This document shows positions 55,330 through 63,556 of a stretch of DNA of 64,000 bases, piece by piece. The notes beneath the pieces are model-generated. The model saw only the letters and a list, made by a program, of their open reading frames with translations. It was not told where the DNA came from and did not search any database. Origin of the DNA: Candidatus Collierbacteria bacterium RIFOXYD2_FULL_45_13 (GTDB lineage: Bacteria; Patescibacteriota; Microgenomatia; UBA1400; MFAQ01); NCBI GenBank assembly GCA_001774685.1, contig MFAS01000001.1, positions 287,557-351,556 of the forward strand, in the 5' to 3' direction. The position numbers and the translations under genes were made by a program. The number at the start of each line of letters is the position of its first letter. The first letter of the stretch is position 1.

Positions 55330-55424
55330 CCCGAATCGAACCCGTTCATTTTACCACGCTTCCTCCCTTGCGAAAATAACCCAAATATATATAATGACCT
55401 TAGTTACCAAAATACCCGAAGAAA

Positions 55425-56486
55425 ATGCCAAAGAAAGCCAAGAAAACTAAAGAAGAAAAGTCAGTAGCCAAGCCCGCAGACAACACCGCTCGTCTTACCG
55501 CCGTCAAAATTGCCATGCAGCAAATCACCAAACAGTTTGGTGAAGGGGCGATTATGCATATGGGTTCCGACCGTGTCGATGAAAAGATACCCGTAATCTC
55601 CACCGGTTCGATTAGTTTGGATTTAGCTTTGGGTGTGGGTGGTTTCCCCAAAGGCAGAATTATTGAGATTTATGGTCCGGAAGCCTCAGGTAAGACCACT
55701 TTGGCTCTCCATGTCATTTCAGAAGCCCAAAAAACCGGCGGTATAGCCGCCTTTATCGATGCCGAGCATGCTGTGGACCCCAGCCGTGCGAAATCTATCG
55801 GAGTCGATCTGGATAGTCTTCTTTTATCTCAGCCGGACAACGGTGAGCAAGCTCTGGAGATCGCCGAGACTCTTATCCGTTCCGGCGGTGTGGATGTCGT
55901 AGTCATTGATTCTGTCGCCGCCCTGGTTCCCAAGTCAGAGATCGAGGGCGAAATGGGTGACTCTTCTATGGGGCTTCAGGCGAGACTCATGAGTCAAGCT
56001 TTGCGCAAGATTACCGGTGCTATTTCCAAGAGCAAGTGTATCGTTATCTTTACCAATCAGCTCCGCGAGAAAATTGGTGTGATGTTTGGGAATCCCGAAG
56101 TCACTACTGGTGGTAAAGCTCTCAAGTTCTATGCTTCCATTCGTATCGACATGCGCAAAATTGGGAATATCCAGGAGGGCGATGAAATCATCGGTTCCCG
56201 TCACCGTGCCAAAGTGGTGAAGAACAAAGTTGCTTCACCTTTTAGGACTGCTGAGTTCGATGTTCTCAATGTCGGAGGTATTAGTAAACTAGGCGACCTC
56301 ATCGATACCGCCATCGCCTATAACGTCCTGGAGAAAGCCGGCTCATTTATCAAATATGAAGGGGAGACTCTGGCCCAAGGGCGTGAATCGGCCAAAGCCG
56401 CTTTAGCCGAGCGTCCTCAAGTCATCGAAAAGATTAAGCAGCAAGTCATGGAAAAGGTCAATGCCGGAATCCAGCCGGAAAAGTGA
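55425..56486 (+). CDS. recA: recombinase RecA
   Basis: [12 protein letters not shown] (Walker A), L1/L2 loop context. 353 aa. Confidence 0.95.
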   Translation: MPKKAKKTKEEKSVAKPADNTARLTAVKIAMQQITKQFGEGAIMHMGSDRVDEKIPVISTGSISLDLALGVGGFPKGRIIEIYGPEASGKTTLALHVISEAQKTGGIAAFIDAEHAVDPSRAKSIGVDLDSLLLSQPDNGEQALEIAETLIRSGGVDVVVIDSVAALVPKSEIEGEMGDSSMGLQARLMSQALRKITGAISKSKCIVIFTNQLREKIGVMFGNPEVTTGGKALKFYASIRIDMRKIGNIQEGDEIIGSRHRAKVVKNKVASPFRTAEFDVLNVGGISKLGDLIDTAIAYNVLEKAGSFIKYEGETLAQGRESAKAALAERPQVIEKIKQQVMEKVNAGIQPEK

Positions 56487-56940
56487 CCAGAGGCAGTTTT
56501 TAGTAAAATACGCCGGCAGAATTCTCACCGCCCGGCCGTATTTTAGGATCAAACTAAAAGAAAAACTATTTTTACGGGCCGAGAAAGAAAAGATGGAGGA
56601 TCCGGGCTCGACCATCGAGTCCATCCTCAAAGACTTGACGGCGAGTGGTTACTTAAACGATCAATATCTGGCTGAGGCTTTTGTAAGGCGCCAGCTATCC
56701 AAGCACTATGGACCCCGGATTATCTCTCTAAAGCTCAAATACTTGGGGCTTGAGAGTGAATCCATCGCCGCAGCTCTAAAGTCTGTTGCTACTCCAGATG
56801 CCGAAATAGCCTCGATCAGGCAGTTTGCGGACAAGTTCCCCCGTCTCGACCGAAGAGTGGTGGTCTCAAAGCTCTACCGGCGAGGCTATTCCGACCGTGC
56901 CATCAAAAGTGCATTTGACGGGGACTCTTTTGAAGACTAA
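56461..56940 (+). CDS. recX: recombination regulator RecX
   Basis: Position immediately after recA. Helical-repeat composition ([23 protein letters not shown]..). The exact start is uncertain because it overlaps the recA 3' end. Confidence 0.65.
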   Translation: MPESSRKSDQRQFLVKYAGRILTARPYFRIKLKEKLFLRAEKEKMEDPGSTIESILKDLTASGYLNDQYLAEAFVRRQLSKHYGPRIISLKLKYLGLESESIAAALKSVATPDAEIASIRQFADKFPRLDRRVVVSKLYRRGYSDRAIKSAFDGDSFED

Positions 56941-57107
56941 AATACAGATACTAATCATGTTAGTCACTCAAAATTACGCAATGTTCGATCTCAGTATAAA
57001 TAAAAAGATCCCTCTACAGCCCGCCAGCCGGCTGGCTGGTCGCTAAGCGACTTATTTTGCGTGTTTGTCGGCTAGTCATAGATTAGGTTTATTCATTAAT
57101 TTAAACC

Positions 57108-58682
57108 ATGTCTATACTGTCAATTTTTAGATCCAATATTTTCAAAGGTTCGGATACTCCATCCAAGTCCAAAGCAGTCTCCTCTGCGACTCCGCAAACT
57201 GTCAAAGAAACGGAAAAGACCAATACCAAAGAAGCCCCTGCCGTTCAGGCTCCATCGGTTGACACCGCTGCCATTCTTGCCGCTGCCCAGGCAACGGCCC
57301 AGTCCCAGGCCAGAGAAATAATCATCTCTGCCAAGGATGAAGCCTTCAAGATCAAGGATCAAGCCATCAAAGACGCCCGAATTCAGCTGGAAGAGATAGA
57401 GGTTCGGGCCAAAAACTTAGCTCAAAAACAACAAAGCAATGCTACCATCGAAGAACAGCTCAAACGCGAAAAAGCTAACATAGACCTTCAAACCCAGCAA
57501 ATCGAAGAGCTCAAGGCCAAGATCGCCTCTCAGGCCGATTCAATGGTTGAGAAGTTGGAAAAAATTGCATCTCTTACTACCGAACAGGCCAAAAAAGAGC
57601 TTATTGCACAAGTTGAGAAACGTTCCGCTGCCGAAGCTGCTCGAGCCATCAAAGAAGCCGAAGAAAAATCCAAGATGGAGTGTGAAGATCTGGCCAGAGA
57701 AATTCTGATAGATGCTATGAAAGCTGGAGCCACCGACTATGTAGCCGAATACACTATTTCCACTGTTCCAATTCCGGACGAAGAGACCAAAGGCCGCATC
57801 ATTGGTAAAGATGGCCGCAATATTCGCATTTTTGAAAAAGTTTCCGGTTGCGATGTCTCCATGGATGACTCCCCAGACGAGGTTAAGCTCAGTAGTTTCG
57901 ACCCAGTTCGCCGTGAAATTGCCCGTCTTACTTTAATCCATTTAATCAAAGACGGACGCATTCACCCGGCTAGGATCGAAGAGTACTTTGAAAGATCCAA
58001 ACGCGACGTGGAACAAATCATGTTTCTGGAAGGCCAAAAGCTTTGTCACGCTGTTGGTGTCTATAACATGAACAGGGAAATCATTGCCATGTTGGGGCGG
58101 TTCAAGTTCCGCACTTCCTATGGCCAAAACATGATCAGCCATACTCTGGAAGAAACGAGAATAGGTATCAAGATGGCGAACGAAATTGGTGCCAATGTCG
58201 ACACAGTCCGTATGGGCTGCCTACTTCACGATATCGGCAAAATACTCGAAGGTGAGGGTAATCACGTCGAGCTGGGAGTCCAATATTTAAAGAAATTTAA
58301 TATTCCTCAAGGCATTATTGATTGTGTGGCCCAACATCACGAGGACGAGGAATTCACCTCGAACGAATCCATGATCGTCTACATTTCGGATGCCATTTCC
58401 GGTAGTCGCCCCGGCGCCCGTCATGAAAATACCGAAGAGTATGGCAAGCGAATCCGCCATCTCGAGGAAATTGCCAAGAAACATCCAGAAGTTGACGATG
58501 CCTACGCAATATCGGCAGGACGAGAAATTAGAGTTATCGTCAATCCCGGTAAGGCGGGAGACGATCAGCTAACTATTTTGGCCCAAGCTATTCGTGATGA
58601 AATCAGAGACACTATGACTTTCCCCGGAACCGTCAAGGTGAACTGCATCCGCGAAACGCGAGCCAGTGAAATCGCCAGCTAG
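57108..58682 (+). CDS. rny: ribonuclease Y
   Basis: N-terminal anchor and coiled coil, KH domain (GRIIGKDGRNIR), HD domain (HTLEE...CLLHDIGK). 524 aa. Confidence 0.88.
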   Translation: MSILSIFRSNIFKGSDTPSKSKAVSSATPQTVKETEKTNTKEAPAVQAPSVDTAAILAAAQATAQSQAREIIISAKDEAFKIKDQAIKDARIQLEEIEVRAKNLAQKQQSNATIEEQLKREKANIDLQTQQIEELKAKIASQADSMVEKLEKIASLTTEQAKKELIAQVEKRSAAEAARAIKEAEEKSKMECEDLAREILIDAMKAGATDYVAEYTISTVPIPDEETKGRIIGKDGRNIRIFEKVSGCDVSMDDSPDEVKLSSFDPVRREIARLTLIHLIKDGRIHPARIEEYFERSKRDVEQIMFLEGQKLCHAVGVYNMNREIIAMLGRFKFRTSYGQNMISHTLEETRIGIKMANEIGANVDTVRMGCLLHDIGKILEGEGNHVELGVQYLKKFNIPQGIIDCVAQHHEDEEFTSNESMIVYISDAISGSRPGARHENTEEYGKRIRHLEEIAKKHPEVDDAYAISAGREIRVIVNPGKAGDDQLTILAQAIRDEIRDTMTFPGTVKVNCIRETRASEIAS

Positions 58683-58757
58683 CTCCTTGCGCGTAGTATA
58701 ATTAGGTGGTAACATCAGCTAAATTATTATCAAGATTCTGCCCGGAAAGAGGAACTA

Positions 58758-59033
58758 ATGACCAAACAAACCCTGGTAAACATTGTTAGCAAGAAGGTCC
58801 ACTTGACCAAAAAAGCCGTCAAAGAAACGGTTGACGCTTTTTTTGAAGAGTCCATCGCCGCACTTGGAAAAGGTGAAAAGGTTGTTATCTCCGGCTTCGG
58901 CACTTTCTATATTGGTAAAGTCGAAGACAAGCAAGTAGTTCCCTTCGGTAACGAGTCCAAGAGGCAAGTAGTCAAAGGACACAAAGTTATCAACTTTCAT
59001 GTTGGTAAGCCTTTGAAGAAAAAAGTTGCCTAA
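58758..59033 (+). CDS. hup: DNA-binding protein HU
   Basis: VISGFGTFYIGKV.. beta-arm motif. 91 aa. Confidence 0.88.
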   Translation: MTKQTLVNIVSKKVHLTKKAVKETVDAFFEESIAALGKGEKVVISGFGTFYIGKVEDKQVVPFGNESKRQVVKGHKVINFHVGKPLKKKVA

Positions 59034-60178
59034 TGCCGTCCGTTTTCATCAATACTTTCGGTTGCCAAGCCAACAAGTCAGACTCCGAGCGTATACTTGG
59101 GGATTATCTTTCACGAGGCTATACTGAAGTTTCAAACTGGAGATCTGCCGATGAAATAGTGATCAATACCTGCTCTGTCCGCCAGTCGGCCGAAGACCGG
59201 GTTACCGGATTTCTTCTCAATGTAGACAAGTTTTTCGCAGGGAAGCAGAGGCCTAAGATTATCTTGACCGGTTGCATGCTCCATTTCAATGAAAAAGAAA
59301 TAAGGACCCTTCTGCCCCAGATCGATGAGATCCTTCCTATTGGTGAAGTCGGTTTCAATCAGAAAGCTATCAGAAAGGAAAAGAACAAGGCTTTTATTCC
59401 CATTTCCTCAGGCTGTAACTCTTTTTGCACTTTTTGTATTGTGCCATTTTCCAGAGGACGGGAACGTTCTCGCCCCATTGATGACATTGTTCGGGAAGTT
59501 GAAGGATTGGCCGGAGAAGGCTATACCGAAATCACCCTATTGGGTCAAAACGTAAACTCTTGGGGCTTGGAAAAAGTCGGCGTGGCCCTCAGGAAGATGT
59601 TTATGGATAAAGATACATTCACCACCGATATTATTCCGTCAAACCAATCTCAGTACTTCAAGCCGCAAGACACCCCACCGTTTGTGACTTTACTTAGGGA
59701 AATCAGCAAAATCGACGGCATCAAAAAAATCAGCTTTTTTACCAGTAACCCCTGGGACTTCTGGGACGAGCTGGTCGACGAGATAGCTGTCAACCTCAAA
59801 ATTGACCGTTTTATTCACCTGCCGGTTCAGTCCGGTAGTAATCGTATATTAAAACTCATGAACAGAGGTTACACCCGTGAGTCATATCTTACTTTGATTA
59901 ATCAAATTAAAGATAAAATCCATGACGTTGTCTTTGGCACTGATATTATAGTGGGCTTTCCGGGAGAGACAGACGAAGATTTTCAAGACACCTTGAATCT
60001 GGTAAAAGAAGTTGGTTTCAAGGTTGCCTTCGTAGCCCGGTACTCACCACGGCCGGGAACCGCCTCCGCAAGACTCTACCCTGATGATATTCCGGCTAAA
60101 ATCAAGAAAGAACGCTGGGAAATTTTGGATCAAATTGCCAACAAAGACAATCTCCGATCCCGACCCATCGTCCCATAG
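59033..60178 (+). CDS. miaB: tRNA methylthiotransferase, MiaB-like radical SAM enzyme
   Basis: N-terminal MTTase Cys (FGCQAN..NTCSVR), radical SAM CNSFCTFC, TRAM-like C-terminus. Confidence 0.8.
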   Translation: MPSVFINTFGCQANKSDSERILGDYLSRGYTEVSNWRSADEIVINTCSVRQSAEDRVTGFLLNVDKFFAGKQRPKIILTGCMLHFNEKEIRTLLPQIDEILPIGEVGFNQKAIRKEKNKAFIPISSGCNSFCTFCIVPFSRGRERSRPIDDIVREVEGLAGEGYTEITLLGQNVNSWGLEKVGVALRKMFMDKDTFTTDIIPSNQSQYFKPQDTPPFVTLLREISKIDGIKKISFFTSNPWDFWDELVDEIAVNLKIDRFIHLPVQSGSNRILKLMNRGYTRESYLTLINQIKDKIHDVVFGTDIIVGFPGETDEDFQDTLNLVKEVGFKVAFVARYSPRPGTASARLYPDDIPAKIKKERWEILDQIANKDNLRSRPIVP

Positions 60179-60185
60179 TTCACCC

Positions 60186-60270
60186 GTCATTACGAATCTC
60201 CTGCCCGCAGATGCTAGAGCATCTGCTCTTGCAGGCGGGCGTACTCGAGCTGTGGCAATCTCACTCCATC
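60186..60270 (+). repeat. repeat element R copy 1 (intergenic, 85 bp): GTCATTACGA...20-bp perfect palindrome...GGCAATCTCACTCCATC
   Basis: Termini shared with copies at 60383-60445 and 60918-60964. Inner palindrome gcagatgct-ag-agcatctgc at 60207-60226. Confidence 0.55.
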
Positions 60271-60293
60271 CATAATATAAAATTACGATACGA

Positions 60294-61316
60294 ATGAATA
60301 ATGTTTTAGTCATCTGCGGTCCCACCACCTCCGGTAAAACCTCCCTAGCTCTCTCCATCGCAAAGCAAATAATCTCGAACCAGTCATTGCGAGGAGCGAA
60401 GCGACGTGGCCCGCTGGTACCCGAAGGGGTAAATCTCACTCCACCAGGATCAGTCAACCTCCTCTCCGCCGACTCCCGACAGATATACAAGGGTCTGGAC
60501 ATTGTTACAGGCAAAGATATTCCTACAGATCTCCCTCCAAACATTTGTTTTTTTGGTTTGGATTTGGTCGAGCCCAACCAAAGCTTTAATCTCGCTGACT
60601 ACTTGGATTATTCCAAAAAAATAATTCAAAGCTCGATAAAAAGCCATACTCCGCTGATTATTGTGGGCGGTACTGGTTTATACCTGAAAGCCATTACTAC
60701 TGATTTGCTGACTGTCAGAGTTCCTCCAAATAGATTACTTCGTCTGGATCTCGAGAAACTTGATTTACCGGCTCTTCAGTCTCGTCTATCAATATTAAAT
60801 CCTCAAAAATTCTCCTCCCTGAATAATTCTGATCTCAATAATCCCAGACGTCTCATCCGCGCCATCGAAATCTCAACCTACGACAATTCACAATCTGCCG
60901 CTTTCTCTTCCTCCAACGTCATTGCGAGTTTCGGTACTCCGAACCGCGGCAATCTCACTCCATCAAACTTTCTTTGGGTTGGCCTTAAAGTCGATAAAGA
61001 AATTCAGAAATCCCGGATCAATCATAGAGTCATTGATAGATTAGAAAACGGAGCGGTGGAAGAAGTAAAAAACTTAATTGCAAAATACCCCGACCTCCAC
61101 TTGCCAATCTACACCAGTCTAGGCGTCAAACAGATTCTTCAATTCCTGCACCAAGAAATCCCTCGAGAAACGCTGGTAGACCTATGGGCGGCTTCCGAAG
61201 TAGATTATGCTCGTCGGCAAACGGTCTGGTTTAAAAAACAACCCGGCATAGTTTGGTATGATAAAAGTACGGTAGACGACCATCTTATCGCTAAGTTAGC
61301 CGAAATATATAAATAA
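60294..61316 (+). CDS. miaA: tRNA dimethylallyltransferase (340 aa) carrying two in-frame insertions derived from repeat element R
   Basis: P-loop GPTTSGKT, SADSRQIY, typical MiaA. Extra segments ..SLRGAKRRGPLVPEGVNLTPPGSV.. and ..VIASFGTPNRGNLTPS.. coincide with repeat copies. Confidence 0.85.
   Translation: MNNVLVICGPTTSGKTSLALSIAKQIISNQSLRGAKRRGPLVPEGVNLTPPGSVNLLSADSRQIYKGLDIVTGKDIPTDLPPNICFFGLDLVEPNQSFNLADYLDYSKKIIQSSIKSHTPLIIVGGTGLYLKAITTDLLTVRVPPNRLLRLDLEKLDLPALQSRLSILNPQKFSSLNNSDLNNPRRLIRAIEISTYDNSQSAAFSSSNVIASFGTPNRGNLTPSNFLWVGLKVDKEIQKSRINHRVIDRLENGAVEEVKNLIAKYPDLHLPIYTSLGVKQILQFLHQEIPRETLVDLWAASEVDYARRQTVWFKKQPGIVWYDKSTVDDHLIAKLAEIYK
60383..60445 (+). repeat. repeat element R copy 2 (63 bp, in-frame inside miaA)
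   Basis: GTCATTGCGAG...GGTAAATCTCACTCCACC. Corresponds to a roughly 20-aa insertion after the MiaA P-loop helix. Confidence 0.55.
60918..60964 (+). repeat. repeat element R copy 3 (47 bp, inside miaA)
   Basis: GTCATTGCGAG-ttcggtactccgaa-ccgcGGCAATCTCACTCCATC. The 17-mer GGCAATCTCACTCCATC is identical to copy 1. Confidence 0.55.
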
Positions 61317-61317
61317 A

Positions 61318-62313
61318 ATGATCAAAAAGAAACACGTCATCTTTGATTTTTCCATCGGCAGCATTTTTTGGGTCCTGTTTTCTCTCGCCGCCGCGTATAT
61401 TCTTTTGAGGCTTACCAGTGTTATTGCTTTATTGTTTATTGCCATTCTGATTACTTTGGCTGTTTGTCCTATGGTAGACTACCTGGAAAAGTTTAAGGTA
61501 AACAGGGCTCTTTCTTCGATGGTGATTTTACTAGCCACCTTCGGTACCATTATTTTTGCCATAGTTTCTCTCGCGGCTCCTTTGTTGGATCAAACCCAAT
61601 TATTTCTCCAAAAATTACCGGCCATAATTGATACAGTTAGTCCATTTAAAATTGCTGACGGCTCACTCAACGCTCAGTTTGCCACTGTTCCCGGTAAAGT
61701 ACTTACCTTTGCCTTAGACACTTTTTCCGCTTTCATAACCGCCTTTACTGTTATTGTCATCAGCTTTTACATGATCCAGGACCTCCACAATTTGGAGAAG
61801 CATCTCAAATTTTGGTTCGGAGACAAAGGTCACCGCTATTTTGTCATCGCCGAAAAGCTAGAAGTCCAGATTGGTTATTGGGTGAGAGGGGAGTTACTTC
61901 TCATGTTGCTGGTGGGACTTCTGAGTTACATTGGTTATCTCATCATTGGCCTGCCTTTTGCTATCTCTCTGGCCTTCATTGCCGGCATGTTGGAACTCAT
62001 TCCCAACATCGGTCCCACCATAGCCACTGTACCCGCCGTTCTCGTCGGCTTTTCTATCTCAACCGGTCATGGTATCGCCGCCCTTGTTGTTTCACTCATT
62101 GTTCAGCAGCTGGAAAACAATCTTATCGTTCCCAAAATCATGCAACACGTTGCCGGACTCAATCCCATTATTACGATAGTTGCCATCATGATAGGTTTCC
62201 AGCTGGGTGGCCCACTTCTGGCCATCCTGGCTCTACCCACAGTCTTATCCGCACGGGTCATTTTGAGCCATATTCAGCTCAACAAAGACACCACCATTCC
62301 CGAAATCGACTAG
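61318..62313 (+). CDS. AI-2E family transporter (PerM/YhhT, UPF0118)
   Basis: 8-TM profile with the characteristic length and the conserved C-terminal IPNIGPxI-like region. Confidence 0.7.
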   Translation: MIKKKHVIFDFSIGSIFWVLFSLAAAYILLRLTSVIALLFIAILITLAVCPMVDYLEKFKVNRALSSMVILLATFGTIIFAIVSLAAPLLDQTQLFLQKLPAIIDTVSPFKIADGSLNAQFATVPGKVLTFALDTFSAFITAFTVIVISFYMIQDLHNLEKHLKFWFGDKGHRYFVIAEKLEVQIGYWVRGELLLMLLVGLLSYIGYLIIGLPFAISLAFIAGMLELIPNIGPTIATVPAVLVGFSISTGHGIAALVVSLIVQQLENNLIVPKIMQHVAGLNPIITIVAIMIGFQLGGPLLAILALPTVLSARVILSHIQLNKDTTIPEID

Positions 62314-62343
62314 CCCAAATCCCAGTCAGCAAAACCTATAATG

Positions 62344-62372
62344 TTGACATTTGGGGATTACTGTGGTACACT
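62344..62372 (+). promoter_or_regulatory. sigma70-type promoter TTGACA-17-TACACT (with TG extension)
   Basis: Perfect -35, 17-nt spacer, TGgTACACT -10, about 75 nt upstream of the ATG at 62446. Confidence 0.5.
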
Positions 62373-62445
62373 AGCCACAGTTATAGTTCAACTTGAGGCT
62401 AATTAGTCTCAATAACAATCCTGCTCATTAAACTAGGAGGCGCGA

Positions 62446-62769
62446 ATGCCATCAGGAATAGCTTGGCATGTTGAAGATGAGATTAGGCAGATGCTTAAGG
62501 GTAAGCTTCCTCAAGGCTGTGCCCTCGAATTTGAGGAAACCGAAGAATCTCATTCGGTGGGAGTTCTCATGGATGATCATGACGAATTCAACGGACGTCT
62601 GACGATTACTCTTACCGGTGCTGAAACAAGGGTGCTAGCTTCTTTGAAATCATCAAACACGTTCCGAGAGTCTGTTTCTGGTGGTAACTCCTTTGATCGG
62701 AATCAGTACCACTACTCAATCAGAGACATCACAGTTATTCGCTGGTTCGAAAATATCCCCGCTCAATAG
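62446..62769 (+). CDS. hypothetical protein (107 aa)
   Basis: AGGAGG RBS, own promoter and terminator. No recognisable motif. Confidence 0.55.
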   Translation: MPSGIAWHVEDEIRQMLKGKLPQGCALEFEETEESHSVGVLMDDHDEFNGRLTITLTGAETRVLASLKSSNTFRESVSGGNSFDRNQYHYSIRDITVIRWFENIPAQ

Positions 62770-62781
62770 GCGGGGATTTTA
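62755..62781 (+). terminator. intrinsic terminator (atccccgc/gcggggat + TTTT) overlapping the stop codon
   Basis: 8-bp stem, 7-nt loop, T-run. Confidence 0.6.
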
Positions 62782-62857
62782 ACATAGAGATCTAGTATTT
62801 TGAGCTTAAAAATACAAATAGTCTTATCAATGAGTACATGACGCTATAAAACAGCTA

Positions 62858-63169
62858 ATGATATATTCATATATTATGGAACAGCAAGAAAAAACTTACG
62901 CTGAGCGGATTACTGCAATTTACGAAAAAGTTAAAAACAGCCTCGGTGAAGAAAGGGCTAAATTATTTAATGAAGTAGTTAGAGGTGCCAGCTTATTAGA
63001 TGAAGATAAGAACTTATTAACCCAAATAGATAGTTTAGACATGGGTGGATTAGATATTGAGGTAAGCAAGCTTGAAGAAATTGTGGAAGGCATGAAAAGG
63101 CAGTATGAAGCTAGTAGTATTTACGAAGCCTTTGCGCCGCGAGCCCTTGCGGGCTCCCTAGTACAATAA
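62858..63169 (+). CDS. hypothetical protein (about 100 aa) in an AT-rich segment
   Basis: Charged helical composition. Start uncertain (alternative ATG at 62876). Weak. Confidence 0.35.
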   Translation: MIYSYIMEQQEKTYAERITAIYEKVKNSLGEERAKLFNEVVRGASLLDEDKNLLTQIDSLDMGGLDIEVSKLEEIVEGMKRQYEASSIYEAFAPRALAGSLVQ

Positions 63170-63184
63170 GCCGGATTCTGTCGT

Positions 63185-63455
63185 GGAGGAATATCTATCT
63201 ATGCTCGAGACTTTAGGGATAGAAAAGGCACCTTAGTCCCAATTCGTCGATTGCAGCGGGGCGGGTTACCACCCCTATACCGTTACCGGTACAGGGTCTC
63301 CACCTAACGGTGGAACGTTTCACCTTTGATCGTCTCTGTGGCCCTATCGCGCCTCCCGAGTCACCTCGGGAAGGACTGGGTTTCCCCAGCCACCCTTCCT
63401 TTTAGCTGTCCGGACTTTCCTCCCCACCTTGCGGCGGGGCATTCCTCTCGTACTA
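63185..63455 (-). ncRNA. rnpB: RNase P RNA, compact bacterial type
   Basis: Minus strand contains GGAAAGTCCGGAC (P4 5' strand), CCCCGCC-GCAA-GGTGGGG (P3 with GNRA loop), GGGGAAACCCAG, ACAGAGA, GGTGAAAC, GGGACTAAGG (P4 3' strand). P1 GAGGAAT/ATTCCTC defines the ends. GC-rich with no ORF. Confidence 0.75.
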
Positions 63456-63465
63456 GGGATAGCCA

Positions 63466-63474
63466 ATTCTACCA
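63466..63474 (-). promoter_or_regulatory. extended -10 promoter TGGTAGAAT for rnpB (minus strand)
   Basis: TGGTAGAAT ends about 7-10 nt upstream of the inferred 5' end of P1. Same nonamer as upstream of infA. Confidence 0.4.
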
Positions 63475-63486
63475 CAAATTCCCCCA

Positions 63487-63520
63487 AAAAGCCCCATAGT
63501 GTTGACAAGGGCTTTTTATT
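63487..63520. other. hairpin (aagccc / gggctt, 13-nt loop containing TTGACA) + TTTTTATTT between divergent rnpB and the mscS-like gene
   Basis: 6-bp stem flanked by A-run and T-run. Could serve as a terminator and/or overlap promoter elements (TTGACA 63502-63507; TTGACT-17-TATGAT at 63520-63548). Confidence 0.3.
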
Positions 63521-63556
63521 TGACTTCCAACCTATATGTTCTTATGATTAGTGTAT

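Noticed and set aside
55337-55347. CGAAC-CC-GTTC as a LexA/Cheo-type SOS box upstream of recA
   Set aside because: The spacer is 2 nt rather than the 4 nt of GAAC-N4-GTTC Cheo boxes, and the motif overlaps a tRNA-end-like repeat. No basis for an SOS operator call.
60186-60964. Possible CRISPR array suggested by three similar short repeats
   Set aside because: The copies are not tandem or regularly spaced. The conserved parts are the termini, with variable-length middles rather than identical repeats with unique spacers. Two copies are inside the miaA reading frame. No cas genes.
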